This document shows positions 1 to 10,160 of a DNA stretch of 64,000 nucleotides, piece by piece (position 1 is the stretch's first letter; every line of letters begins with the position of its first letter). Position numbers and translations under genes: made by a program. The stretch is from an uncultured bacterium (GTDB lineage Bacteria > Verrucomicrobiota > Verrucomicrobiia > Limisphaerales > UBA8199), in NCBI GenBank assembly GCA_963749495.1, contig CAVVMW010000023.1:96001-160000 (forward strand). The letters are read 5' to 3'. The notes under the pieces were generated by a model that made no database searches, was not told the origin of the DNA, and worked only from the letters and a program-made list of their open reading frames with translations.

Positions 1-75
1 CTGCCCGAATCCCTCCTGCCCGGCGCCCTCCAGGCCGCCAAGCGCCGCGTCCGGCACACCGCCTCGCCGCCCTGA
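1..75 (+). CDS. 3' end of an unknown CDS (partial, ...LPESLLPGALQAAKRRVRHTASPP*)
   Basis: Frame 1 is open to TGA at 73-75, with GC-rich third positions like genuine genes here; a REP-like element follows. Confidence 0.45.
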   Translation: MPESLLPGALQAAKRRVRHTASPP

Positions 76-88
76 ACCCGGCCCTGCG

Positions 89-182
89 TCACCGCGCAGC
101 GGTGCATGAAGGCAGCCGTGGACTTCCAGTCCACGGACCCATGGCCCAAACTCAGCCGCGTCGCGCAGCGACGCCTGAAAAA
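89..182. repeat. REP-like palindromic element, single copy of the family forming the 10.16-11.07 kb array
   Basis: Near-identical to the reverse complement of the second half-unit of the 10.2-11.1 kb array (ccgtggacttccagtccacgg hairpin, cgtcgcgcagcgacg). Confidence 0.85.
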
Positions 183-386
183 CTTCACGTCCTCTTAAGG
201 TGGGCTGGATTACGATGGCCTCATGAAAAGGACAATATTCATTTCGGCGCTCGTGGCGGCCGACACCCTGGCGACCACTGTGGCAGTGATCCAGGAAGCT
301 CGGGTTTTCATCTCTGGCGGCCGGGCAGCCGCGCGGTATGTGCGCGAAATCGTGCGCGGGCAGAAGAGCCCTGATTGGGTTTGCAG

Positions 387-1119
387 TCACGCCCCGAATA
401 CGGCCGCTATCCGGCGCTGAAATTCCTCGGCTTTCGCCCTCGGGTCGGGGGCGGTGCGAATGGGCCGCCCGACGACGATATGGTCGGCGCCGTTGAGAAG
501 GGCCTGCTCGACGTTCGGCCGTGCGCTTCTGGTCGTCCTTGATTTCCCGGTTTTCGACCGGCCTGATGCCGGGCGTCACGATGAGCAACTGCGGGCCAAT
601 CTCTGCGCGCAACCTGGGGACTTCCAATCCCGAGGAGACGACACCGGCGCAGCCCAGCGCAAGGGCCCGCCTGGCCCTGGAAAGCACCAACTCCTCGACC
701 TTGCATTGAAAGCCAAGGGCCTCCAGGTCCGCCTGATCCAGGCTGGTCAGAACCGTTACCGCCAGGATCTGCACCTCCGCCTGCGCCTCCACCGCCGCCT
801 TGAGAATCCCGTCATTGCCGTGGACGGTCGCAAAGCGCACCCCCCTGCCCTTCAATTGCTTGACCGCCGAGCGGACGGTCTCGGGCACGTCGAAGAACTT
901 GAGGTCCACCATAACCTGCTTGTCCCTGCGGACAAGCCATTCGACCAGTTCCCAGTAGCCGCCCGCCATGAAGATCTGAAGGCCCAGTTTGTAGAACACT
1001 ACGCTCTGGCCCAACCGCTCCACCCACTGCCTGGCCTCGTCCACCGTCGGCACGTCCAGGGCGAAAATCAGCCGTTCCGCGGCTGGAATCGGCTTGGCAG
1101 ACACAATCGTCTTGTCCAT
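387..1119 (-). CDS. pyrF: Orotidine-5'-phosphate decarboxylase with one frameshift near 516; absent from the ORF track
   Basis: Manual translation: MDKTIVSAKPIPAAERLIFALDV...YKLGLQ...DLKFFDVPETV...TVH...VTVLTS...VTPGIRP...DDQKRT, then shifted frame ...GADHIVVGRPIR...FGA*. DxKxxD and VGRPI motifs present. Confidence 0.93.
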
Positions 1120-1293
1120 ATATGCGTTGTGAGTCAAAGGCGCGCCTGTAACCAGGCACGCGGATACCATAGAAGATCCAAGGCCGCCCGCAAGGATTTA
1201 GGCGGGGGGACGAGCGAGTGGTGGGACAGCTCGGAGCGGTCAGACGCGGCTGAAGGACCGGTCAGGATAAGCAGGGCGCGGATTGCGGCAGGC

Positions 1294-1473
1294 TCACCGG
1301 CTCGATTCTGGCACCATCGCAAGTTGCCCCTCTGGCTCCATCTCGGGGGCGGGTTCCACGAAGTGGAAACCTTGCTCGTCCTCATAGCCGAGCGGGGCTC
1401 GAGCGGCTGCATAGAAGGTGTAGGCCACTCCGCCTGCTGCCAGTGCCAACATGCCAAGCGCAAAAATGATCAT
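1294..1473 (-). CDS. Small membrane protein (MIIFALGMLALAAGG...APLGYEDEQGFHF)
   Basis: Hydrophobic N-terminal helix followed by an APxGYEDExGFHF segment; start codon uncertain. Confidence 0.55.
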   Translation of the reverse strand: MIIFALGMLALAAGGVAYTFYAAARAPLGYEDEQGFHFVEPAPEMEPEGQLAMVPESSR

Positions 1474-1703
1474 CAACTGGCCCACAGCATGAATCAGGCC
1501 GGGGCGTGCTAACCAGGCGTTGAACCGGTTTGTGTGGCTCAAATGGGGCGCTCTTGCCGGGCTCAGGGCAAAATAGTGTCCTGCCGATGGAAACACCTGC
1601 CTCAAGAGATGACAGCCGCTGTCCACATTTTGGACAGGCCCTTTAGACATCGGAAAGCCGAAAAGAAAAGAGCCTGGCTACTCAGGGGGGAATGCCTGGT
1701 AGT

Positions 1704-1934
1704 TCACCGCCATAGTCTCCTATCGAGCTCGGCGAAAACCTCCCGCCCTGAAAGCCCGGCTGTAAGGCCTGCGTCATACTTGCGGATTCGCTCACGAATC
1801 TCAGCATCCCAGGCGGCCTCCACGCCGGCTTCCACCGGAGGTTCCACGCTGGCAAGGATGCGGTGCGCCAGCGCAAACCGTTGATCTTCGGGAAGGAGCA
1901 ACGCATCAGCAGCGACGTCTTCGAGCGACTTCAT
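1704..1934 (-). CDS. Putative addiction-module component (antitoxin, TIGR02574-like)
   Basis: 76 aa; ALLLPEDQRFALAHRILASV...AAWDAEIRERI...G pattern typical of this family; sigma70-like promoter directly upstream. Confidence 0.8.
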   Translation of the reverse strand: MKSLEDVAADALLLPEDQRFALAHRILASVEPPVEAGVEAAWDAEIRERIRKYDAGLTAGLSGREVFAELDRRLWR

Positions 1935-1940
1935 AAAGGC

Positions 1941-1969
1941 ACACTACTGCCGCGCCAAAGGGTTGGCAA
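1941..1969 (-). promoter_or_regulatory. Sigma70-like promoter, probably leaderless (TTGCCA-N17-TAGTGT-N6-ATG)
   Basis: Read directly on the minus strand. Confidence 0.55.
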
Positions 1970-2265
1970 GACGCCATGTCCCTTCGGGACAGGACTCCGT
2001 CCAGGCTATTTGGGCCATCGCGACATTCGCTTCCTGGCGCTGTGGTGAGGAACGGCCCGGCCTTTCTGGATGGCGCGCTCTCCGCGGGCGATGCTTTCAC
2101 AGACCGCCTGTTTCTCCCCGACGCGAGAAGAAAAAGAACTGTTGACGAGCGGCTTGGCGACGGACATCATGCAGCCCGCACCGCCTGAGAAGGCGCAGAG
2201 CAAATGGTGTTTCCAACATCGGTTTCGGTTGGCGCCCGACGACGGCAGCAATCAACATCAAAGTT

Positions 2266-5073
2266 ATGAACGCACTGCAGATATCAGACTCAAAGCATGC
2301 ACGACGCATTCTCCGCCCCGCTATCCTCATCGCCCTTATTGGCGGGGCCATCCACCTGGGGGCGCAGACCGGACCGTTCAGTCCCACCGACTGGCCGCCG
2401 ACTGTCAGCCCCACGGCCGCTGTAGATTATGGCATCTTCGACCCGGGCGCGGCTTTCACCACGGAGTCCGGCTGGAACAACACAGTGACCCTGTCGGGCG
2501 GGGGCGACCAGACCTTCCAAACCATCACCCTCGCGGGTCTGACAGGCGATCAAGAGACGGGCGCTTACCTGAATATTGCCGACTCAAACTTTGCATCCTG
2601 GGTGAACACACCGGTCCTGGACCTTCTGCTGCAAGTTTTCGGGAATGGGGCGCTTTACAATGCGAATGGCACTCCGATTAACACCACTTGGCTGGAAGGG
2701 ACGCTCGACACCCCGGCGAACAACCTCAACGGGGCCAATGCCAGCCCAACACCGCTCGGCGAGCAAAACAACCAATGGAACTGGCTGTTGCTGGAGATTC
2801 CCAATCCCGTCAGTTCCATCACCGGCCAGCGCTATGTCGGCTACGTTGACACCAGCGGCAGCACCGGCGGCAGCGGCGCCGGCGGAGTCAACGGCGGCAC
2901 CTTGCGCCTCCAGGGCGTCGCGGGCCTCGTTGTTCGCGCCGTCGCGATTGGTCCGCAGGGCGCCTTCGGGACCTCCAACCAGGTCAATGTCTTTGCGGCC
3001 CCGCCAGCCTGCCCGCCCGAGCCGGACGTGAACCTGGCATACATTGATATCAACGCGGGCGTCACCAACAACCTGAGCATCCTGAACAACGGGGACCAGA
3101 CGGTGACCTACAAAAGCGGCGTTGGCCCCGCCGGCGATAAGCGCCAGGCGGTCCAAGCCACCACCGGCTACATGAACTTTGGCATCCTCAATGACTACCT
3201 GGGAGCGCCCTGCAACCTCCCTCGAACCATGAAGGTCTGCGTGGAGTTCTATGACGACCCGACGTTGGCCGGCGCGAGCTTCGGTCCGGAGCAGTATGCC
3301 ACTGACAACGTGGGAGACACCGCCACCTTCCCCGCCAGCCAGCTTTTCACACTCCAGGGCTCCGGCCAATGGCTCAAAGTCGCCTTCATGGTGCCCAATG
3401 TTGACCTCCAAGGGATCAATACGGCGCCTCTTACGGGCGGTCCCCGCCTGACCTTCAACGGCGGTTTCCCGTTTATTGACCGGGCCGAGCTGGGCGTTTA
3501 TCGCATCGGCACGAACCTGTTGGCGGGTCTGGACCCGGACCTGACCTTTCACATAGACCCGAACATTTGCACGACGAACTATGCGAATTACGCCGAACTG
3601 GATCTGCAGAATGGCATCACCAACGGCATAGACGCGGGCAGTTCGGGCGGCAACCAACTGATGGTGGTGGAAATGGCCGGGCCTGCCGATGATCAGCGCC
3701 TTTCCGAACGCCCGGATGGCGGCGATAACAACATCCAATTCGCCATCGTGGGCCAGGTGTTCGGGCCGTCCTCCCAGGACAACGCCCGGGTGGCGCAGGT
3801 CCTGACCTATTACGACGACCCGGCCATGGCCGGGGCCACGCTCTACCCCCAGGTTTACTCGAGCTGGGTGGCGGGAAACAACACCTACCTGTTCCCCAAC
3901 CAGAACCAGGTCGCCGTCACGTTACAGGGCACCGGCAAATGGCTGGATGCCGATTTCGAATTGCCCGACGCGAATTTCAACGGAGTCAACCAGGGGCCCC
4001 AGTCCCTCGTGCGCTATGAGACGACTCCCGCCACGGCCGGGGACCCGACGACCGGTTACATCCACGTCACCCGCGTCCGCTATGCCGTCATCCGGCCCTG
4101 CGGACCTTACCAGGGGGTCAATGTTCTGCAGACCAACAAGCCCATCGCCGAGTTTGGCGATACCGTCGCCGGCTACCAGGACAGTTTCACCAGCGCCACG
4201 AGGAACACGAATTGGCTGGCGGTGGGCCCAGGCGGCGACAATTACTTCCAGACAAACGGAGTTCTCAAGGTTTTCGCCAGCCATGGCGATCCCAATCACC
4301 TGGTCTATGCGGCCCCTGGCTATAGCAATGACGTGCAGGAGGTGCTGGCGCGCATCCGCATCGTCGCTTTTCAACAGGGCGATTATTTCCGGGGCGGCAT
4401 CGGGGTCGGCGTCGGGACCAACGCCAGCAGCGGGACAAACTTCGAGGCGTTGAACTTCCATTTCCGGGACAACACCAACGAAACGACCCTGCGTCACATG
4501 AAGCTGCTCGATGACAGTCGCGCCTGGGGGCCAACGAACTTTACCAACGCCTGGACCAATAATACCTGGTATTGGCTGCGCCTGCGCCAGCAGCCCAAGA
4601 TGGACGGGACAAACACCGTCTTCGCCAAAGTCTGGCTGGCTGACTGGACCACGCCCGAGCCGGCTAATTGGCAATTGCTCTGGGCCGATTCGTCCCTGCC
4701 CACGAGCCCCACCAAGTATCACCTGGGACTGGCTGGCATCACCGCCGCGAGCGGGGACGCGCTGGCCCAGTCGGAAGTGAGCTACATTTTGATCAAGGCT
4801 GCCGGGTTGCCCAACGTCACGGTCTCCGCGGCTGCCACCGCGCCGGCGATGCAGGCCGCACCGTTCTTTATCGCTCCCGTTACCAGCTACTACTATCCCA
4901 CTATTGGCTCCGGGACCACCGCTCCCGGCGCAAACGTCACTTGGTTCGGTCCTGGCACTTTGTTGGCGTCGCCCGACCTAACGGGTCCATACACGAATGT
5001 GGTCAGCACGACCAACGGCTATGCGACGCCAAAAGCCAAACTCAAAGCGTCGGAGTTCTACAAGCTCCAATAA
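2266..5073 (+). CDS. Large secreted protein (935 aa) with an internally duplicated beta-rich domain and a C-terminal FYKL tail
   Basis: Signal peptide (RRILRPAILIALIGGAIHLGAQ); repeated module (YDDP.(L/M)AGA...LQG(S/T)G.WL...F..P...G.N); G/T/N-rich composition. Confidence 0.85.
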   Translation: MNALQISDSKHARRILRPAILIALIGGAIHLGAQTGPFSPTDWPPTVSPTAAVDYGIFDPGAAFTTESGWNNTVTLSGGGDQTFQTITLAGLTGDQETGAYLNIADSNFASWVNTPVLDLLLQVFGNGALYNANGTPINTTWLEGTLDTPANNLNGANASPTPLGEQNNQWNWLLLEIPNPVSSITGQRYVGYVDTSGSTGGSGAGGVNGGTLRLQGVAGLVVRAVAIGPQGAFGTSNQVNVFAAPPACPPEPDVNLAYIDINAGVTNNLSILNNGDQTVTYKSGVGPAGDKRQAVQATTGYMNFGILNDYLGAPCNLPRTMKVCVEFYDDPTLAGASFGPEQYATDNVGDTATFPASQLFTLQGSGQWLKVAFMVPNVDLQGINTAPLTGGPRLTFNGGFPFIDRAELGVYRIGTNLLAGLDPDLTFHIDPNICTTNYANYAELDLQNGITNGIDAGSSGGNQLMVVEMAGPADDQRLSERPDGGDNNIQFAIVGQVFGPSSQDNARVAQVLTYYDDPAMAGATLYPQVYSSWVAGNNTYLFPNQNQVAVTLQGTGKWLDADFELPDANFNGVNQGPQSLVRYETTPATAGDPTTGYIHVTRVRYAVIRPCGPYQGVNVLQTNKPIAEFGDTVAGYQDSFTSATRNTNWLAVGPGGDNYFQTNGVLKVFASHGDPNHLVYAAPGYSNDVQEVLARIRIVAFQQGDYFRGGIGVGVGTNASSGTNFEALNFHFRDNTNETTLRHMKLLDDSRAWGPTNFTNAWTNNTWYWLRLRQQPKMDGTNTVFAKVWLADWTTPEPANWQLLWADSSLPTSPTKYHLGLAGITAASGDALAQSEVSYILIKAAGLPNVTVSAAATAPAMQAAPFFIAPVTSYYYPTIGSGTTAPGANVTWFGPGTLLASPDLTGPYTNVVSTTNGYATPKAKLKASEFYKLQ

Positions 5074-5075
5074 AA

Positions 5076-6991
5076 TTGAGAGCCCGCATTCGAGCGCCGT
5101 TCTGGCGCGCAGTCGCCGAGTTCGCCCTGCGGAGCGGACTCGGGAGCCTGTCCTGTCTGGCTGGGCCGGCCCTGCTCCTGGTGGGGCTGGGCCTGGCCGG
5201 GCAGAGCTTGCCAGCCCAGGTGCCGTCGGTCATAAACTACCAGGGGAAGGTTAGAGCGGGGGGCGCCGACTTCAACGGCGTGGGCCAGTTCAAGTTCGCC
5301 CTGGTCAGCGGCAGCGGAGCCGGCACGCTCTGGAGCAACGATGGGTCCAGTTCGGGGGGGGCCGAACCGAACCAGCCTGTGGCTGTGGCCGTCACGCAGG
5401 GTGTGTTCTCCGTTTTCCTGGGCGACACCTCGGTGAGCAACATGACGCCGGTCTCCTGGGCGGTGTTCACCAACGGGGACGTGCGGTTGCGGATTTGGTT
5501 CAACGACGGCACCAACGGCTTCGCGCGGTTGTCGCCCGACCAGCGGCTTGGCGCCACCGGTTACGCCATGATGGCCGCCAATCTCCCCGATGGCGCGCTG
5601 ACCGGGAGCAAGCTGGCGCCGGGGGCCGTGCAGACCCAGAACATTGCCGACGGCGCCGTCACCAGCGCGCAACTGGCGGCCAAGTCGGTCACGATTCCCG
5701 CCATCCTCGATGGCGCGGTGACCGCCTCGAAGCTGGCGGCCGGGTCAGTCACGGCCGCGGCGATCGCCAACGGAACGGTGAGCCAGGCCAAGCTCAACTT
5801 CCAACTCGGCTACATCAACGCGCGCAACCCGCCTTACGTGGCCAGGGGCGATGGCCTGGCGGACGACACGGCGGCCATCCAATCGGCGCTGAATGATGCG
5901 GGGGCCGGTGGCGGGGGCATCGTGTTCCTGCCGCAGGGAGACTATCGTATCCTGTCGGACCTGGTCGTTCCGGCCCAGACGACCTTGTCCGGGATATGGC
6001 GCGCGCCGACCGCCTTTGCGCCGCACCAGGGCACCACCCTGCTGGCGGTGGCTGGGGCAGGCAGCACCTCCGGCGTTCCATTCATCACCCTCCAAGGCGA
6101 CAACTCGACGCTGGAAGGGGTAACGATCTATTACCCCAACCAGGCCCTCACCAATCCGCCGATACCCTACCCCTGGGCCATTCGCGCAGGCGGCGCAGCA
6201 GGCGGCGTCAACGTGACTGTCCAGAACGTCCTGCTGGTCAACCCCTATCTGGGCCTGGACCTGGCTACTCACCCCTCGGCCGGCACCTGGTGCGCGGGGT
6301 CTATGGCCAGCCCCTGCTGGCCGGCATCGCCGTCGATCAGTGCTACGACATCGGGCGCATCATGGACATCCATTTCTGGCCCTTCTGGACGCAAGACCCG
6401 CGCGTGCTGGCCTTCCAATCGGCCTATGCCGTCTCGTTCGATTTCATGCGGTCCGATTGGGAGGTGGTGCAGGATGTCTTCTCGTGGGGATACTACATCG
6501 GCGCCCGCTTCCGCGCTTCCTCGTACGGCGCCATGAACGGCCAGATGAGCAATATCAACTTCGACAACGTGGACATCGGGCTGCTGCTCACTGCCACCCA
6601 GCTCTATGCCATCCACATCGCGAACCTGAACCTCGCCAATGCCGGCGGCGGCACCCATCACATCGGCATCGAGGCCCTGCCGGGCGTCAGCCAGCTCAAC
6701 GTGAACGGCGCGAGCTTTTGGGGTCAGATTCGCCAGCCGGTTTCCTGGGGCAGCACGGGCCTGCTCACGCTCTCCAACGCGCGCCTGCTGGACTGGGACC
6801 CCTCCGTGCCAGCCATTGCCATCCTCGCCGGCCGGGCGATCCTCCAAGGCAACTCCTTCATCGACGCCGTCGGGACTGCCATCCACGTCGGGCCGGCCGC
6901 AGACCGGGTGATGATTCTCGGGAACATGCTCGCCGGAAACGTCATGTCCGTCCTCAACACCAACACCCTCAGTGCCAATAACCAACCGTGA
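5076..6991 (+). CDS. Secreted beta-helix (pectate_lyase_3/GH28-like) protein with tail-fibre-like N-terminus; frameshift near 6277
   Basis: Signal peptide, VPSVINYQG N-domain, DGAVTxxKLA repeats, A.GDG.ADDTAAIQ.AL...GGGIVFLP.G.Y motif. Joins ORF 4668..6536 to ORF 5996..6991 at LATHP/GRHLVRGVYGQPL. Confidence 0.82.
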
Positions 6992-7052
6992 AGTCCTCCT
7001 CCAAATCCTCTACGCTCAACTGCACCGGGGAAACGCGATGGTCATTGAGATC

Positions 7053-7135
7053 TGACCCCCGGCCATTGACAGATGAACCGGGGGTCTCGCTGCGCGTCGC
7101 CCCCCGGCTACGATCTTTCATCCCTCCGGGATGAA
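7053..7135. repeat. REP-like palindromic intergenic element
   Basis: gaccccccgg...ccggggggtc inverted pair and catccctccgggatg hairpin, between convergent genes. Confidence 0.5.
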
Positions 7136-7139
7136 TCCG

Positions 7140-7394
7140 TCAGGCCCCGCCTCGCTCTTGTTCCTCCGCCCCATAGGCCAGGCGCACCAGCAGCGGCGCG
7201 CCGCGCACGAGCCACACGCCGATCGCCAGGGTCCAAGCCATCCCCAGCAGCAACGCCAGGAGGTTCCGAAACCAGAGACTGGCGGGCATCTGGAAGAATG
7301 AGGCCACCGCAGAGGGCACTGGGAGCAGGCCCTGGTAGAGAAAAATCAGGCCAAAGAAACGAATCATCAGGCTGAACACATCTTTTGGTTTCAT
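7140..7394 (-). CDS. Small two-TM membrane protein
   Basis: 84 aa, two hydrophobic segments, starts 5 bp after the stop of the radical SAM gene. Confidence 0.7.
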   Translation of the reverse strand: MKPKDVFSLMIRFFGLIFLYQGLLPVPSAVASFFQMPASLWFRNLLALLLGMAWTLAIGVWLVRGAPLLVRLAYGAEEQERGGA

Positions 7395-7399
7395 TTTTC

Positions 7400-8317
7400 T
7401 CAGAACACCTCGGCCTTCAGACCGGTGGCAGAGCGGACGGTCTGGGCGATGCGGGAGAGGACCTTGAGGGGCAGATGGCCGCTCTCGGAGTTGGGAGAGG
7501 GCCGGTTGGCGGAATAGATCTGCACCAGGGAGATGTCGGCGCCGGCGTTCTTGAGTTCGGCCAGGCGGCGGGCATATTGCTCGATCTCCTCCAGCGGCGG
7601 TTCCTCGGAACTGATGGCTGGGAAGAGGCTCTGCACCACCACCGGGCGTTGGCGGGCGAGGTTCAGGATGTTGGCCAGGATCTTCTCCAGCGGGATGTCC
7701 GAGCGGTTGACCTTGTTGACGTAGGCCTGGGTGCCTCCATCGAGCTTGGCCCAGACCTCGTCGCTCTTGGTGAAGTACCTCAGTCCCTGCTGCACGTGCG
7801 GCAGGTCCAGGCCCGTCCCGTTGGTGAGCAGGACCAGTTTGAAGGGGTGGCCCCCCAGCGCCCGCACGTGTACGATGGCCTGGAGGGCCTCGGCAAATTT
7901 GGCTGAGAGCGTCGGCTCGCCATCGCCGCTCAGGGCCACGTGGCGCAGTTGGAGCAGTTCATCGGGCAGCGTCCGGTACCACGGGCGCTCCCGCAGCCGG
8001 CCGGCGCGCACGTAGCCCAGCGTCTTCTTCAATTCCGCCGCCATCACGTCCACGTCCAGCGGCTCGCGGGGGACGCCGTTGCGGTGGACCTCGCAGTAAA
8101 CACACCGGAAATTGCAGGTCCGGTCCGGACACAGGTTCACCCCCACCGCCAAGCCGCGCGCCCGCGCCGAAACCACGGTATAGACGAAGCGATTATCCAG
8201 GAAGTCACGAGGCGAACCAAACGGCGTGTCCTGCGGGACGCCGCCCCGAGCCGTGCCGCCGCGCTTCTTGTCGGCCGCCGCGCTCGATCCCGCCGCATGT
8301 GACGTTGCTTCTTCCAC
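7400..8317 (-). CDS. Radical SAM Fe-S protein
   Basis: CNFRCVYC (CxxxCxxC), SGDGEPT, LTNGT, WAKLDGG; start probably GTG at 8317. Confidence 0.88.
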   Translation of the reverse strand: MEEATSHAAGSSAAADKKRGGTARGGVPQDTPFGSPRDFLDNRFVYTVVSARARGLAVGVNLCPDRTCNFRCVYCEVHRNGVPREPLDVDVMAAELKKTLGYVRAGRLRERPWYRTLPDELLQLRHVALSGDGEPTLSAKFAEALQAIVHVRALGGHPFKLVLLTNGTGLDLPHVQQGLRYFTKSDEVWAKLDGGTQAYVNKVNRSDIPLEKILANILNLARQRPVVVQSLFPAISSEEPPLEEIEQYARRLAELKNAGADISLVQIYSANRPSPNSESGHLPLKVLSRIAQTVRSATGLKAEVF

Positions 8318-8430
8318 AGTTCTGCTGCAACCGTATGACTGATGGCAATCCCGCACTACACTAAGCTTGCCAAATACTGGACATTTATTGACAGCTTGCG
8401 GGCGGCGCCTTTTGGTGCCAGAGTGCTCCA

Positions 8431-9165
8431 ATGCCCGGTCGCCCGGTGAGCCGCCCCCTGGCCGAACTCAAGCAAGCCGCCATTGCCAACAGCCTGCGCA
8501 GTTGCCGGCTCTTCGCCGGGCTGGCGCCCGCCGACCTGGCCGCGATTGCCCAAATCACCGTCTCCAAACCGCTCGCCAAGGGCGATTACCTCTTTCACGA
8601 AGGCGAACCCTCGGCCGGCTTTTTCATCGTGCAACGGGGCGCGATCGACGTGCACCGGCTCAACCGCCTGGGCAAGGAACGGGTCATTCACATCTTCCGC
8701 GCCGGTGAATCGTTCGCCGAGGCGACGCTGGCCGCGCTGCCCGGCTACCCGGCGGATGCGCGCGCCGTCGAATCCTCGCAGGTGCTCCTGGTTCACAAGG
8801 CCGGCTTCCTGTGGCTGCTCCGGCGCCAGCCCGAGCTGGCCCTGCGGATGCTCGCCGCCATGAGCGCCCACTTGCGCGACCTCGTCACCCAGCTCGAAGA
8901 CCTCACGATGCGCGACGTCGAGACCCGCCTGGCCAACTGGCTCCTCAAACGATGCCCCCGCCCCGATTCGGACCAGCCCCTTTCCATCGAACTCAAGACC
9001 ACCAAACGCGTCCTGGCTGCCGAATTGGGCACCGTCAGCGAGACCTTCTCCCGCACCCTGGCCAGGTTCCGCCAACAACGGCTCATCGCCGTCAAGGGCA
9101 AGACCCTCACCGTCGTGTCCCCTGCCCGGCTCGCCGACCTGCTCCGCCGCAATCTGGGGGGGTAA
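8431..9165 (+). CDS. Crp/Fnr family transcriptional regulator
   Basis: cNMP-binding domain (LFHEGEP...GESFAE) and C-terminal HTH (LAAELGTVSETFSRTL). Confidence 0.93.
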   Translation: MPGRPVSRPLAELKQAAIANSLRSCRLFAGLAPADLAAIAQITVSKPLAKGDYLFHEGEPSAGFFIVQRGAIDVHRLNRLGKERVIHIFRAGESFAEATLAALPGYPADARAVESSQVLLVHKAGFLWLLRRQPELALRMLAAMSAHLRDLVTQLEDLTMRDVETRLANWLLKRCPRPDSDQPLSIELKTTKRVLAAELGTVSETFSRTLARFRQQRLIAVKGKTLTVVSPARLADLLRRNLGG

Positions 9166-9257
9166 AGGGGCGCATCTCATCTTTGATTTGAATTGGCTTT
9201 CGCGGGTTTTTGTGGTTTGAGTGAGCTTTGGTAATCGACGGATTAAGGTCGGATGAA

Positions 9258-10155
9258 ATGAAGCATTTGCTGAGCATCGAGAAACTGGCGCGGGCGGACA
9301 TGGAGCAGATCCTGGCCGATACCGCGAGGATGAAACGGGAGCGGGGCCGGCACCGGGAACAGCCGCTGGCGGGTCAGTTCTGGACCCTGCTGTTTTCCAA
9401 GTCCTCGACGCGCACGCGCGTCTCCTTCGAGGTCGGCATCCGCGAGTTGGGGGGGCAGGCCCTGTTCCTGCCCGCAAACGAGATTCAGTTGGGCCGCGGC
9501 GAACCGATCAAGGACACCGCGCGGGTCCTGGGCCGGATGGTCCATGGCGCGGTCTTGCGCACCTTTGCCCAGCGCGACGTCGAGGAGTTTGCCCACTACG
9601 CCGGCATCCCCACGATCAATGCGCTCACCGACGACGAGCATCCGTGCCAAATCCTGGCCGACATCTTCACGTTCCAGGACAAGCGCGGGCCAATCCAGGG
9701 CAAAGTCGTGGCCTTCATCGGCGACGGCGCCGGCAACATGGCCAATTCCTGGATCTTCGCCGCCGCCAAGGCCGGTTTCCAGTTGCGCATCGCCGCGCCC
9801 AAGCCCTTCCAACCCGCCGAAGACCTCCTCCAGCGCGCAGGCGCCAAGGTGTGGGTCACCAACAATGTCAAGGCCGCCGCCGACGGGGCGGACCTGCTCT
9901 ACACCAACGTTCTGGATCTCGATGGGCAAAGAGGCGGAGTCCGCCGAGCGCATCAAACAGATGAACGGCTACCAGATCAACGCCGGCATCGTCGCCCGTG
10001 CCCGCCCCGGCGCCCTGGTGATGCACTGCCTGCCCGCCTATCGCGGCAAAGAGATCGACGACCCGACCTTCGAGGCCCACGCCCAGACCATTTTCGACGA
10101 GGCCGAAAACCGCCTGCACACCCAAAAGGCGATTCTGAACTGGCTGGTGTCGTAG
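9258..10155 (+). CDS. argF: Ornithine carbamoyltransferase with a frameshift near 9911
   Basis: STRTR, HPCQ, then WISMG and MHCLP in the next frame; joins ORFs 9228..10211 and 9544..10155. Confidence 0.93.
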
Positions 10156-10160
10156 GCAGT

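Noticed and set aside
223..420. 65-aa ORF with a signal-peptide-like start
   Set aside because: Hydrophobic core is interrupted, it overlaps the pyrF 3' end, and there is no other support
2175..2240. Possible riboswitch in the leader of the 935-aa gene (cgcct-GAGA-aggcg hairpin)
   Set aside because: Only generic hairpins; no conserved motif of a known class; would need a covariance-model search
5076..6991. Prophage, based on the tail-fibre-like protein
   Set aside because: The protein has a signal peptide and there are no capsid, terminase or integrase genes in the window
8335..8348. FNR/DNR-like box (TTGCC-N4-GTCAT on the minus strand)
   Set aside because: Several mismatches to TTGAT-N4-ATCAA; not distinguishable from chance
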